In this document: in pieces, positions 1 to 9,027 of the stretch
Layout of the letters: every line of letters begins with the position of its first letter
Position numbering within the stretch: position 1 is the stretch's first letter
From: Nitrosopumilaceae archaeon
Lineage (GTDB): Archaea; Thermoproteota; Nitrososphaeria; Nitrososphaerales; Nitrosopumilaceae
NCBI GenBank assembly: GCA_965214835.1
Contig: CBDCCK010000002.1
Span: forward strand, 1,248,001 to 1,312,000
Direction: 5' to 3'
Length of the DNA stretch: 64,000 nt
Notes under the pieces: generated by a model
Database searches by the model: none
Told to the model about the DNA's origin: nothing
What the model saw: only the letters and a program-made list of their open reading frames with translations
Program-made: the position numbers and the translations under genes

Positions 1-481
1 CCGCGTGGTGATTGCTCCCATGATGGTAGTGGGCGCGTCCATTGGCTACTTTGTGCCTGCCCCCGGAGTCTACCTTGTTCTGGCATTTGACATCATGTTT
101 GCAGGGGCGTTTGCCCCGCTTACCTTCGGCCTGTTCTGGAAAAAGGCAAACATGCCTGCAGCCATTGCCTCGCTGCTGGTGGGTTCAGGTCTGAGGCTGG
201 CGTTCTTCTTTACGATGCCTGAGGATCTGGCGGGGCTGGACACCATGATTCCGCCGGTGGTCTCGTTTGTCCTGTTCATTATAGTGGCACTGGCAACGCA
301 GGACAGGTATCCCGGAAAGGCCCGACACGACGTGCGGGACTATGTACCGCCCGAGGAGGACATCATTACAGGCGAGGATCTGAAGCACTTCAAGGAGGGA
401 GGCGAGTCCGTGTCTGGCCCAATGCACGACTCTGGCCCTCCGGGCTCCGACGAGGGCATTACAGAAAAGACTGCCGTATGA
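1..481 (+). CDS. Sodium:solute symporter family transporter, C-terminal part (truncated by window edge)
   Basis: Hydrophobic helices with 'PLTFGLFWKKAN..AA.AS...G', typical of SSS C-termini. Confidence 0.65.
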   Translation, partial: RVVIAPMMVVGASIGYFVPAPGVYLVLAFDIMFAGAFAPLTFGLFWKKANMPAAIASLLVGSGLRLAFFFTMPEDLAGLDTMIPPVVSFVLFIIVALATQDRYPGKARHDVRDYVPPEEDIITGEDLKHFKEGGESVSGPMHDSGPPGSDEGITEKTAV

Positions 482-555
482 GGAGAACGGTGCAGCATGC
501 CGTTCTGAAAACAGGCTGACCTCAACATGTTTTAATATTTCAGAACAGAAACAAT

Positions 556-2247
556 GTGGTGAGGTACCCCGATCTGCTCAACGCCAACGTCTCGCGCGTG
601 GGGCTGCAAGAGTCACAAAGATACAACCTGGTATCAGGACAGCTTGTCGCAGACATCGTCAGTACGTCGCTTGGTCCGCGCGGCATGGAAAAGATGTACA
701 TCGACATACTCGGGGAGGACACGCTGACGGGCCACGGCGGAGCATTTTTGAGAAAGATTGACGTAGACCACCCGGCGGCAAAGGCAGTAATAGAGGCGGT
801 AAACACCGTCGATACCCACGTGGGCGACGGTACGACGTCGGCTGCAGTCCTCATAGGGGCCCTGCTGAAGCGGGCCGAGGGACTGCTAAAGAGGGGAATT
901 CCTACGGCTGCAGTCGTACGCGGCTACGAGATGGGTCTGAATCTTGCGCTTGAGGCGCTAGGGGAGATAGAGATGGCATCAGACAGGGGGGATCGGGAGG
1001 TGATGAGGAGGCTGCTTGCCACATGCCTTGAGGGAAAGGCAATCTTTGAGCTGCAAGAGGAGGCCGACGTCATCGGGATTATCATGGATGCGGTGTGCTC
1101 GGTGGCATGCCTGAAGACCGGAAGGATTGACGTCGATGACATCAAGATAGAGGAAAAGCCGGGAAACGCAGCCGACCTGCAGCTGATCAGGGGCACCGTA
1201 ATTGACAAGACACTGGACGGCCCTGCAATGACTAGGGACGTACAAGACGCAAAAATCCTGCTGGTCAACGAGCCGCTAGAGCCGATGCGGGCAAAGGCAG
1301 AGTCCGAGATCGAGATAACGTCGCCTGAGCAGATGGGCAGGTTTCTTGGACAGGAGGACGCAGATCTGCTGGCGGCGGCGACAAGCATCGCAGACTCGGG
1401 GGCCGACATAGTCATATCAAGAAAGGGCGTAAGCGAGCTGGTCCAAGAATCTCTTGCAAAGAAGGGAATAGTATCGATGAGGAGGGTAAAGTACAACGAC
1501 CTGTGGTGGCTTGAAAAGGCAACGGGGGCAAGGACATGCAGGGACATTGAGAACATATCCCCCGACGAGCTTGGATTTGCAAGGCGGGTTTACGAGAGGA
1601 ACGTGGGCGGTGACAGGATGGTCTTTGTAGAGGCAGGCGGCAGCCCAAAGTCTGTGACCCTGCTGCTGCGTGCAGGCTCAAAGCGGTACCTTGACGAGTT
1701 TCACAGAAACGCCCTCAATGCGTTTTACGTGCTGAGGAACTTCATCGAGAACCCGCGCATCGTTTGCGGGGCAGGTGCCTCTGAGATGATAATATCCAGA
1801 AGAATCAAGGAGGCGGCAGCAGCGGTTGCAGGCAGGGAGCAGATCGTCATTGGGGGGTTTGCAGACGCCCTAGAACAGATACCGCTGACGCTGGCGCAAA
1901 ACATAGGGATGGACGTGCTCGATGCCGGGACGCTGCTACGCGCAAGGCACGCGGCACCGGGCGGCGGGGTAAGGTGGTACGGGGTGGACTCGGCTGCCCG
2001 GAGGATATCTGACATGTCGTCGTCGGGGATAATAGAGACATCAGACGTAAAGCGGCAGGTCTTCAAGACCGCAGTGGAGGCTGCCAACATGATACTAAAC
2101 GTGGATGATGTCTTTGTGAAGGACATTATCGACAATACGCACTGCCACATAGACGGAACCGTACACGCCCACCGTGACGGCGGAAAGGCCCACAACCACT
2201 TTGAGCAGGAGGGGCTGGAGCAGAGGCAGATGCACCACTACTACTAG
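556..2247 (+). CDS. Divergent group II chaperonin (thermosome-like) with His-rich tail
   Basis: SLGPRGMEK, HPAAK, GDGTTS, GAGASE, IPLTLAQN motifs; C-terminus HCHIDGTVHAH..HNH..HHYY. Confidence 0.85.
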   Translation: MVRYPDLLNANVSRVGLQESQRYNLVSGQLVADIVSTSLGPRGMEKMYIDILGEDTLTGHGGAFLRKIDVDHPAAKAVIEAVNTVDTHVGDGTTSAAVLIGALLKRAEGLLKRGIPTAAVVRGYEMGLNLALEALGEIEMASDRGDREVMRRLLATCLEGKAIFELQEEADVIGIIMDAVCSVACLKTGRIDVDDIKIEEKPGNAADLQLIRGTVIDKTLDGPAMTRDVQDAKILLVNEPLEPMRAKAESEIEITSPEQMGRFLGQEDADLLAAATSIADSGADIVISRKGVSELVQESLAKKGIVSMRRVKYNDLWWLEKATGARTCRDIENISPDELGFARRVYERNVGGDRMVFVEAGGSPKSVTLLLRAGSKRYLDEFHRNALNAFYVLRNFIENPRIVCGAGASEMIISRRIKEAAAAVAGREQIVIGGFADALEQIPLTLAQNIGMDVLDAGTLLRARHAAPGGGVRWYGVDSAARRISDMSSSGIIETSDVKRQVFKTAVEAANMILNVDDVFVKDIIDNTHCHIDGTVHAHRDGGKAHNHFEQEGLEQRQMHHYY

Positions 2248-2639
2248 GCTCAAGACCATGCCGTATTGCAACGAGAAAGGCAGAACTGTACGCACTACGC
2301 AAAGCGGTAGATCTGCGAGTCCGCCGTCCCGAAAGCCTTGTATGTGAGTTCCAAGCTTGCCCTCAACAGGGTGTAATGGCAGGTTATAGCTTCGTCCATC
2401 TCTGCACTCTTGCTGTAGTCTGATTTTTACTTGGCTTTTCTAGGCCATCTATCTTGGACCTTGTGTGCAGTCGTTGCAAACCAAAAAATCAGGCAGCCTT
2501 TACGTCATTTTTGGCAAATACGTACAAGGTCTGTTGGGGGCCTGAACCCGCTGTGGATTGCACTCCCTCCCGATCCATCCACCTCAAGTCATAAAGGCCC
2601 AATTAAATCAGGTCTATCCATCGCGGTGGGGGCGGGGCC

Positions 2640-2930
2640 ATGGGTGATGCCGTAACAAAGGCGTGGGGCGGCACAAGGTGCTGCTTGGGGGCCCAGACGT
2701 AAAGCGGTGGTGCGACAACCTCGCAAGGGACAGCGTGGCGACCGCCGAGGTCAGGATGCACAGGCTCGGCGTCTACTGCGGAAGGGCCGGCACCACGCCG
2801 AGTGGCCTCGCAGGCCGGAATCGATGACGTAGGGAAGGTCGAGGATCTGTTGACGGACTATGCATCACTTCATGATGGCAGGAGACGCGTGCCCTCGTAT
2901 ATAGGAGGCGTGGTGCGCATGCCAAAAAAC
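2640..2930 (+). pseudogene. Tyrosine integrase N-terminal fragment
   Basis: Translates to PDVKRWCDNLARDSVATAEVRMHRL, matching PEIKRWHDNLARGSPITAEVRLRRL of the 22983 integrase; frameshifted and truncated. Confidence 0.75.
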
Positions 2931-2976
2931 GGTTCATAGTTTTGACATATCGTGACTATTTCGGCAAAAAATGATC

Positions 2977-3068
2977 GTACGAGGTCACGTCCCCTTGCCG
3001 GCATGCACTAAAACCATAGTTATGCATACTAATTCGTGCCTGACTGGTAGAGGCAGGTGGCCTCGTGC
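2977..3068 (+). mobile_element. MITE family A copy (92 bp)
   Basis: TIR GTACGAGGTCAC/GTGGCCTCGTGC; 8-bp flanks AAATGATC/AAACGATC. Confidence 0.8.
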
Positions 3069-3155
3069 AAACGATCCATTTTCAACTGCACACACTAGGA
3101 GGTGATCTCGTACTTGTGATTTAGAATATTTATACAAGCTAGGCGGATCTCAACC

Positions 3156-4679
3156 ATGGCAAAAGTGGAGCAGATCAGGCCAATCAGGACCGGGAACGAA
3201 TACATTGAAAGCCTTCGAAACAGGGATCTCAAGGTATACCTGTTTGGGGAACTCGTAAAGGAGCCCGTCGATCACCCGATGATTCGGCCGTCAATTAACG
3301 CAGTAGCCGAGACCTATGACCTTGCGGTAAGGGAGGAGGATCTTGCATCTGCAGAGTCGTCAATCACCGGACTACGGGTAAACAGGTTCCTGCACATTGC
3401 AGAAAGCGCAGAGGATCTGGTCCTGCAAAACAAGATGCAAAGAAAGCTGGGACAGAACACCGGCACCTGCTTCCAGAGGTGCGTCGGAATGGACGCAATG
3501 AACGCGCTGCACTCTACGACTTTTGAAATCGATGAAAAACACGGAACAAAATACCACCAGCGATTCCTAGAATTCGTCAGGATGGTCCAAAGCGAGAACT
3601 TGGTCATCGGCGGGGCCATGACCGATCCAAAGGGCGACCGGAGCAAGGGTCCTGCCGAGCAGGAGGATCCCGACCTGTTTACCCGCGTCGTCGACCGGGA
3701 CGACAGAGGAATCTACGTCTCCGGCGCAAAGGCGCACCAGACCGGATGTATCAACTCCCACTGGATTATAATAATGCCGACAATCCGGCTGACCGAAGGC
3801 GACCGGGACTGGGCGATAGTCGGCGCATTTCCGGCCGATGCCAAGGGACTGACCTACATCTACGGACGCCAGTCGTGTGATACCAGAAGCATGGAGGAGG
3901 GCGACATTGACGCAGGAAACGCAAAGTTCGGAGGCCAAGAGGCGCTGATCGTCCTGGACAGGGTGTTCATCCCGTGGGAGAGGGTCTTCATGCACGGCGA
4001 ATACGAGTTTGCCTCGATGCTCGTCGAGCGGTTTACCTGCTATCACCGGCGCAGCTATGTGTGCAAGACCGGGCTCGGCGACGTGCTGATTGGGGCGGCG
4101 GCCACCATTGCAGACTATAACGGGATTCCAAAGGTGTCGCACATCAAGGACAAGATTATCGAGATGACCCATCTCAACGAGACCATCTTTGCAGCAGGAA
4201 TCGCATCATCGCACCAGGGACACAAGATGAAGTCCGGCGTGTATCTCAACGACGACATGCTGGCACAGGTCTGCAAGCACAACGTTACAAGGTTCCCGTA
4301 TGAGATCAGCAGACTGGCCCAGGACATTGCAGGCGGACTGGTGGTGACGCTTCCCTCCGAGCAGGACTTTAGGCATCCCGAGGCCGGTCCGCTGCTTGAA
4401 AAATACCTGGCCGGACGAAAGGGGGCAGATGTTGAGAACCGGGTGAGAATCCTGAGGCTGATTGAAAACATGACGCTTGGTAGAAACGCGGTGGGATACC
4501 TTACAGAGTCCATGCACGGCGCAGGCTCCCCACAGGCGCAAAGGATCCAGATACAGAGGCAGATGCAGATAGGATACAAAAAGAACCTTGCAAAGGCCCT
4601 GGCTGGAATCACAAACGATCCAGACGAGTCTGCCGAGTCCTCCGAATACTTTGGCAGGATCTTTAAAACTAAAGGGTAG
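3156..4679 (+). CDS. abfD: 4-hydroxybutyryl-CoA dehydratase (3HP/4HB cycle)
   Basis: CFQRCVG, AMTDPKGDRS, GAKAHQTG, YHRRSYVCK, ESMHGAGSPQAQ motifs. Confidence 0.95.
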   Translation: MAKVEQIRPIRTGNEYIESLRNRDLKVYLFGELVKEPVDHPMIRPSINAVAETYDLAVREEDLASAESSITGLRVNRFLHIAESAEDLVLQNKMQRKLGQNTGTCFQRCVGMDAMNALHSTTFEIDEKHGTKYHQRFLEFVRMVQSENLVIGGAMTDPKGDRSKGPAEQEDPDLFTRVVDRDDRGIYVSGAKAHQTGCINSHWIIIMPTIRLTEGDRDWAIVGAFPADAKGLTYIYGRQSCDTRSMEEGDIDAGNAKFGGQEALIVLDRVFIPWERVFMHGEYEFASMLVERFTCYHRRSYVCKTGLGDVLIGAAATIADYNGIPKVSHIKDKIIEMTHLNETIFAAGIASSHQGHKMKSGVYLNDDMLAQVCKHNVTRFPYEISRLAQDIAGGLVVTLPSEQDFRHPEAGPLLEKYLAGRKGADVENRVRILRLIENMTLGRNAVGYLTESMHGAGSPQAQRIQIQRQMQIGYKKNLAKALAGITNDPDESAESSEYFGRIFKTKG

Positions 4680-4681
4680 CC

Positions 4682-5383
4682 TTACCCCTTTTTGTCCCCA
4701 CTTTCGGATTCCGGCCCGTCCGTACCGGACTCGGAGCTGTTCCCTGCATGCGGCCCGTCACCTGAGGCTGTTTTTTCAGAGTGTTCAGAGTCCTTTGGTA
4801 TGCCGTCGGTGGGGAGCTCTGCCGGGCCGTCGTTTTTTGCCCCGGTTGAATAGTATCCTGGAGGCACCTCCTTCTTCCTTGCCACCTGCCTGACTATCAT
4901 TATCCCCACTATGATTGCAATTATGATATAGTTTAGGGGAATCCCGCCTATCTGTGTTGCAAAGATTTTCGTGACAAGACCCACCTGGGGTATGACGTAT
5001 ACTACCGTTCCGATGTATTCCTCTGCCGTAATTGGAAAGTCCGTGCCTGGAATCGATGCCGGATTTGCATCTCCCTGGGTCCTCACCGTGTATGGGTCGT
5101 CATCCACTATTGCGACAACCCTGTGCACGATCACCCTGTCATGTCCAGTGGGCCTGTCAAAGACAATAATGTCCCCTTCCTCCACCTCCTCGAACGGATC
5201 ATTTCCCTGCACGACTATGACGTCATATATCTGCAGCTCCGGAACCATGCTCCCGCTGGACACCACATAGAATGGATTCTGCGTCCCAAATACCGTGGTC
5301 AGTCCCACCCAGATGGCCGCGACCCCTATTGCCACTATGACGACATCCTTTATGATTGCCCTTGATTTAGAACCGGAAGCCAA
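4682..5383 (-). CDS. Archaeal signal peptidase I (S26B)
   Basis: VVSSGSMVP catalytic Ser, IVHRV, TQGDAN, two TM segments. Confidence 0.9.
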   Translation of the reverse strand: MASGSKSRAIIKDVVIVAIGVAAIWVGLTTVFGTQNPFYVVSSGSMVPELQIYDVIVVQGNDPFEEVEEGDIIVFDRPTGHDRVIVHRVVAIVDDDPYTVRTQGDANPASIPGTDFPITAEEYIGTVVYVIPQVGLVTKIFATQIGGIPLNYIIIAIIVGIMIVRQVARKKEVPPGYYSTGAKNDGPAELPTDGIPKDSEHSEKTASGDGPHAGNSSESGTDGPESESGDKKG

Positions 5384-5409
5384 GTCTATTCACAGACTAT
5401 CCTGTCACG

Positions 5410-6189
5410 CTATATCTTGCTGCCGCATTCTTCACAGAACTTGGCATCTGGCTTGTTGGAGAATCCACAATCCGGACACCTTCCCGGCTCGCTTGCAGGT
5501 GGCTGCGGCGTTTGTGCATCTCCCAGCAAAACAACCTCTCCTACCGTCTTTACCTTGCTCCATGGAACCGAAACCTCGGTTCCATCATCTCTGGCAATCA
5601 CCATAACTACAGTCTGTGCAGAGTCTACTCCGACCTGCTTTGCGGTTCCAAGTTTTCTGGCGTTCTCGTCAAATACCACCATGCCTTCGATGGAGTTCAC
5701 AGACGCATCTGCCGGCTTTTTTGTAGAATCCACTTGGGCATGCTGTTCTTGGACTATCGGTTCTGGCGCGGATTCTTGTGTCTGATGCTCTGTCTGGGCT
5801 TTGTGCACCTGTTCTGTCTTGACGCCTTCTGCCTGGATCGGTTTGGCCAAGCCGATACCCTGCCCATCATCTGATTTTTTAAATTCTCTGTATTCTGCTA
5901 TTGTGGAATTACAGGTGCTGCAAACGTACTTGCCCTTCTCGACTAGTACGAGGTTCTCTGCCACCTCCTCGTTTGGAGATTCGTAGCTAATCTTTGGCGG
6001 GCCTTCGAACTCCCTTTCACATGTGTTGCAAAAGTGCTTTGAAATTTTTTCAGGATCAATGCGTCCGACCGGGGCCAGGAACAGATCCGGGCCTCCCAGG
6101 TTCCCCCTTGCCTGCTGCTGGTCGGAAATCTGGGCCATGATGTAGCCTCCGGAACCGCGCAGCTTCTTTAGTCTCAACTCGGAGCTCAT
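5410..6189 (-). CDS. Zinc-ribbon/PRC-barrel domain protein
   Basis: CNTC/CSTC, PRC-like 'IEGMVVFDENARKLG..VPWSKV', C-terminal CPDCG..FCEECG. Confidence 0.7.
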   Translation of the reverse strand: MSSELRLKKLRGSGGYIMAQISDQQQARGNLGGPDLFLAPVGRIDPEKISKHFCNTCEREFEGPPKISYESPNEEVAENLVLVEKGKYVCSTCNSTIAEYREFKKSDDGQGIGLAKPIQAEGVKTEQVHKAQTEHQTQESAPEPIVQEQHAQVDSTKKPADASVNSIEGMVVFDENARKLGTAKQVGVDSAQTVVMVIARDDGTEVSVPWSKVKTVGEVVLLGDAQTPQPPASEPGRCPDCGFSNKPDAKFCEECGSKI

Positions 6190-6388
6190 GTGTGAAATCT
6201 TGTCTTAGGTCATTTAAGTATATTTCAAACAGGCCGGATTTCGGGGGATCCTGACTCTGGCCGAGTCAGACGTGCCTTACGAGGCGCTTGCCCCGTTTGC
6301 AGTTTTGCCGGATCTGATCCAGGCCAGTGCATTTCGCTTGTCTGGACTCGTTTAAACATATTTAGGTATGAATCCACCACCACCACTT

Positions 6389-6715
6389 ATGGCCGTATCA
6401 CACGTATCGGATGCAAAAACCTGGGAAACCGACGTCATCAATTCCAGCGTTCCTGTATTTGTGGACTTTTGGGCAGAATGGTGTGGTCCCTGCAGGATGG
6501 TCGGACCAGTCATTGAAGAGCTGGCAAATGACTATGATGGCAAGATAAAATTTGTCAAGGTTAATGTCGATGAGGCAAACGAGCTGGCCTCCAAATACAA
6601 CGTATTTAGCATCCCGACCTTGGTTGTTATCAAAAATGGCGAGATAGTCAGCCAGCAGGTGGGGGCTGCATCCAAGGAATCCTATCAGGGAATGATAGAC
6701 AGGGCACTGGCATAG
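6389..6715 (+). CDS. trxA: Thioredoxin
   Basis: DFWAEWCGPC, SIPT. Confidence 0.95.
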   Translation: MAVSHVSDAKTWETDVINSSVPVFVDFWAEWCGPCRMVGPVIEELANDYDGKIKFVKVNVDEANELASKYNVFSIPTLVVIKNGEIVSQQVGAASKESYQGMIDRALA

Positions 6716-6810
6716 ACCACCTCCTCTTTTTACTATTTTATGCTCAAAGTCGTTAGCTGGGCCGAATTCCACATCTAAAGTAATTAATATCACAGAATCG
6801 GACTTGGGTC

Positions 6811-7356
6811 ATGTATAACGCAGGTGGATCAGTTGACACGCTCAACATGCTGTTTGACAAGCTTGACGCCCTCTTCAACGAGTCCCAGGGCTACTATGAG
6901 ACATTTCTGGATACAAACAATCTGTACAAGCAGGGGAAGATCTCTGACAAGGAATTCTTCCAAAAACTGGGAGACTATGTGGTTGCATACTCCGCACTGG
7001 AGTTTCTTGCAATCAAGGTGCTCTTTGAGGTCAAAAAGTCCTTGGGCTCGGGTGGCGGACAAACACAGTCTCCCGGACTGATGCCCGGCATGGGACAGCC
7101 CGGCATGATGGGAGATCCCGGGGGCATGGCACCGCCGAGGGCCGGGACGCCTGAGAATCCGGTGGGCGGCCCGCCCGGAATCGTTTCTGCCGACCGGGGC
7201 TTTGGCGAGCCCGGAACCCTGCCGACCCCTGATCCGGGCCTGATGCCGAGAAGACCTGCAGCGACTCCCTCTGGAGATGGATGCAGCGCGTGCGGTGCAG
7301 AGCTCAGACCAAACGCCAAGTTCTGCACAAAGTGCGGAAATAAGATCCAGAGCTAG
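6811..7356 (+). CDS. Zinc-ribbon domain protein with Pro/Gly-rich linker
   Basis: C-terminal CSACG..KFCTKCG. Confidence 0.75.
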   Translation: MYNAGGSVDTLNMLFDKLDALFNESQGYYETFLDTNNLYKQGKISDKEFFQKLGDYVVAYSALEFLAIKVLFEVKKSLGSGGGQTQSPGLMPGMGQPGMMGDPGGMAPPRAGTPENPVGGPPGIVSADRGFGEPGTLPTPDPGLMPRRPAATPSGDGCSACGAELRPNAKFCTKCGNKIQS

Positions 7357-7709
7357 TCCTGAGTGATGCCGCAGTCCGGACAGAACTTTGCCGTAGCTGA
7401 AATCCTTGCACCGCACTCTGAGCAGAACTTTCCATCCCCGTCCTGCTCTCGGTTCTGGTTGCCGTACATTCCAAGCACCGCGCCGGTCGGCTCGTACTTG
7501 TCGTCGTCGATGATCCGAACCGGCTCAAAGTCCTCCTCGGTCACAAAGGTCATCATTCTTGGCACCGATTTCTCCTTGTCCTCGGGATCCGGCACCGAGT
7601 CGCCCAGCCAGAACGCAAACCTAGTCAACGTCAGCTCCGGGGTTGAAAATGCCAGCGTGTGGGCGGACATGTAGTCCTGTGCTGCCTTTTTGCCGTCAAA
7701 TACCTTCAT
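7353..7709 (-). CDS. Zinc-ribbon domain protein
   Basis: C-terminal FCSECG..FCPDCG. Confidence 0.75.
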   Translation of the reverse strand: MKVFDGKKAAQDYMSAHTLAFSTPELTLTRFAFWLGDSVPDPEDKEKSVPRMMTFVTEEDFEPVRIIDDDKYEPTGAVLGMYGNQNREQDGDGKFCSECGARISATAKFCPDCGITQD

Positions 7710-7759
7710 GATTCTGCTATTGTGAGTTTACGTATAATAGTTTCTAGGCGGATCGGGAG

Positions 7760-7810
7760 GTAAGAGTCTGCCCGCTAGGTGGCGCTGCAGGTCAGGGTCT
7801 TGGTTACCAT
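7760..7810 (+). mobile_element. MITE family B, left half only
   Basis: GTAAGAGTCTGCCC..TAGG start aligns with copies at 40224 and 43398; cut off by MITE C at 7812. Confidence 0.6.
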
Positions 7811-7811
7811 C

Positions 7812-7891
7812 AGACTTTATGCGTAATCGGCTCAGATCTGGGATTATTACGAACAAATTCATCCCATTTAGGTCGATTACGCATAAGGTCT
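7812..7891. mobile_element. MITE family C (80 bp), ends shared with the IS5-like element
   Basis: AGACTTTATGCGTAATCG...CGATTACGCATAAGGTCT; second copy at 22536. Confidence 0.85.
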
Positions 7892-8163
7892 AATACAGAA
7901 TCTTGAGGAATGGTTTTTGCCGAACTTTTTTGCAATCCTAAATTGGTGATTCTTTCTCTTGAGTTAGAAATTTTAGTAATTTGGTCTTTTGGAATTTCTG
8001 TTGGAGTCAACCACACTATATCTCCACCAAAATATTCGGGATTTTTTCTTGAGGGAGTTCCACCCCCGATTAATCCACATAAATTTTCTAATTTTGTTTT
8101 AACCCATCCTTTTGGGAGATTCCTTGTATCAAATTCTGTGTTCTTCTGATGATGACTGCTCAT
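7892..8163 (-). pseudogene. hsdS: Type I R-M specificity subunit, N-terminal fragment
   Basis: LPKGWVKTKL..GGGTPSRKNPEYFGGDIVW..ITNLGLQKSSAK; truncated exactly at MITE C; low GC. Confidence 0.85.
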
Positions 8164-8363
8164 TGTTTTTCTGGAGATTGGCTCTTGTTCCATATCTGAA
8201 TCTGCCCGCCATAGATCCCCTCATCGTACACTATCGGCGGAACCTGTGCATAGAATCCGCTTCTGCCGGAACTAAACGTCTTTGGAGCCAGCGGCACCTC
8301 GTACTCCTTGCCATCAGGCATCTTTATTGTGGCAAATGCCATTTTTGGTTTTTCTTCAGACAT
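8160..8363 (-). CDS. Small hypothetical protein coupled to hsdS
   Basis: 67-aa ORF, ATGA stop/start overlap with the hsdS fragment. Confidence 0.6.
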   Translation of the reverse strand: MSEEKPKMAFATIKMPDGKEYEVPLAPKTFSSGRSGFYAQVPPIVYDEGIYGGQIQIWNKSQSPEKQ

Positions 8364-8459
8364 GCCTATACCATCACGCTTGTGCAAATAACTCTTACCA
8401 ACCTGCTGTTTTCGAAGGCGACAGGCAAGCAGGCAAAGCCGCCATTTCAGAAAAAATCG

Positions 8460-8572
8460 GCAACTGATCGGGTTCTACTGGAGACGGTTTGCGATTTCAG
8501 GCATAAATTCTGTTTTGATCGGCATTCATTAGTAAGAAAACCCATGCCTGAACTTCGAGTACGGTCTGTTGC
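8460..8572. mobile_element. MITE family D, degenerate copy
   Basis: GCAAC..GTTGC ends; internal GATTTCAGGCATAAATT and CATGCCTGAACTTC resemble 37442-37552. Confidence 0.55.
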
Positions 8573-8613
8573 CATAGCCGGTCACTAGGGGACATTCCTT
8601 TCAGACCACGTGT

Positions 8614-9027
8614 TTGTTTTTAAGAAAACAGTCCATTGTAGACGGAATGAAAGACGGGGCAGCCATGCTAAGAAAGTCGCTCAGAAAAGAGATGGACAGG
8701 CTCAAGAGGGCAAGCGGGGCAAACGCGGACCTCGAGGTCCTGTGGATTCCAAGGGCCGACTCTGCAAAGGAGGGCGAGGTCATAGGGAGCAAGATCTACA
8801 TCTACTCCACGGGCCCTGCAGAGGCCCCGGAGACCCTGCGGCGCGAGTCCCTTGACGCGATGGTGTGCAGTGCCACGGCTCCGTACCTTGAGCTGATCAA
8901 CACACTGCCCTCCGTGATATCCGAGGAGGCATACCGGAAAAAGGAGGGAATGGTTGAGTCACTGGCCGGAATGGTCGGGCGCCGCCCCTGCCGGGCCCCT
9001 TCTGAGAAGGACCTTGCCCCTGCTTAG
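8614..9027 (+). CDS. Hypothetical protein of integrative element (possible degenerate zincin)
   Basis: GEV...IYIY..TLRRESLD, resembles an HExxH region without the His residues; convergent with the integrase. Confidence 0.5.
   Translation: MFLRKQSIVDGMKDGAAMLRKSLRKEMDRLKRASGANADLEVLWIPRADSAKEGEVIGSKIYIYSTGPAEAPETLRRESLDAMVCSATAPYLELINTLPSVISEEAYRKKEGMVESLAGMVGRRPCRAPSEKDLAPA

Noticed and set aside
2620-2930. GC-rich intergenic stretch as SRP or RNase P RNA
   Set aside because: Lacks their conserved motifs and translates into an integrase N-terminus
6251-6350. Hairpin and CGAGTCAGAC/GTCTGGACTCG ends, 14-mer shared with 31182-31195, as another MITE
   Set aside because: No TSD, short imperfect ends, no full second copy
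5410-7709. Three zinc-ribbon proteins around thioredoxin as a new system
   Set aside because: Such proteins are common thaumarchaeal core genes; mixed orientations and no further evidence
7749-7760. CGGATCGGGAGG as a third att site at the island edge
   Set aside because: Only a partial match to tRNA-Ala ends over 12 bp; chance cannot be excluded
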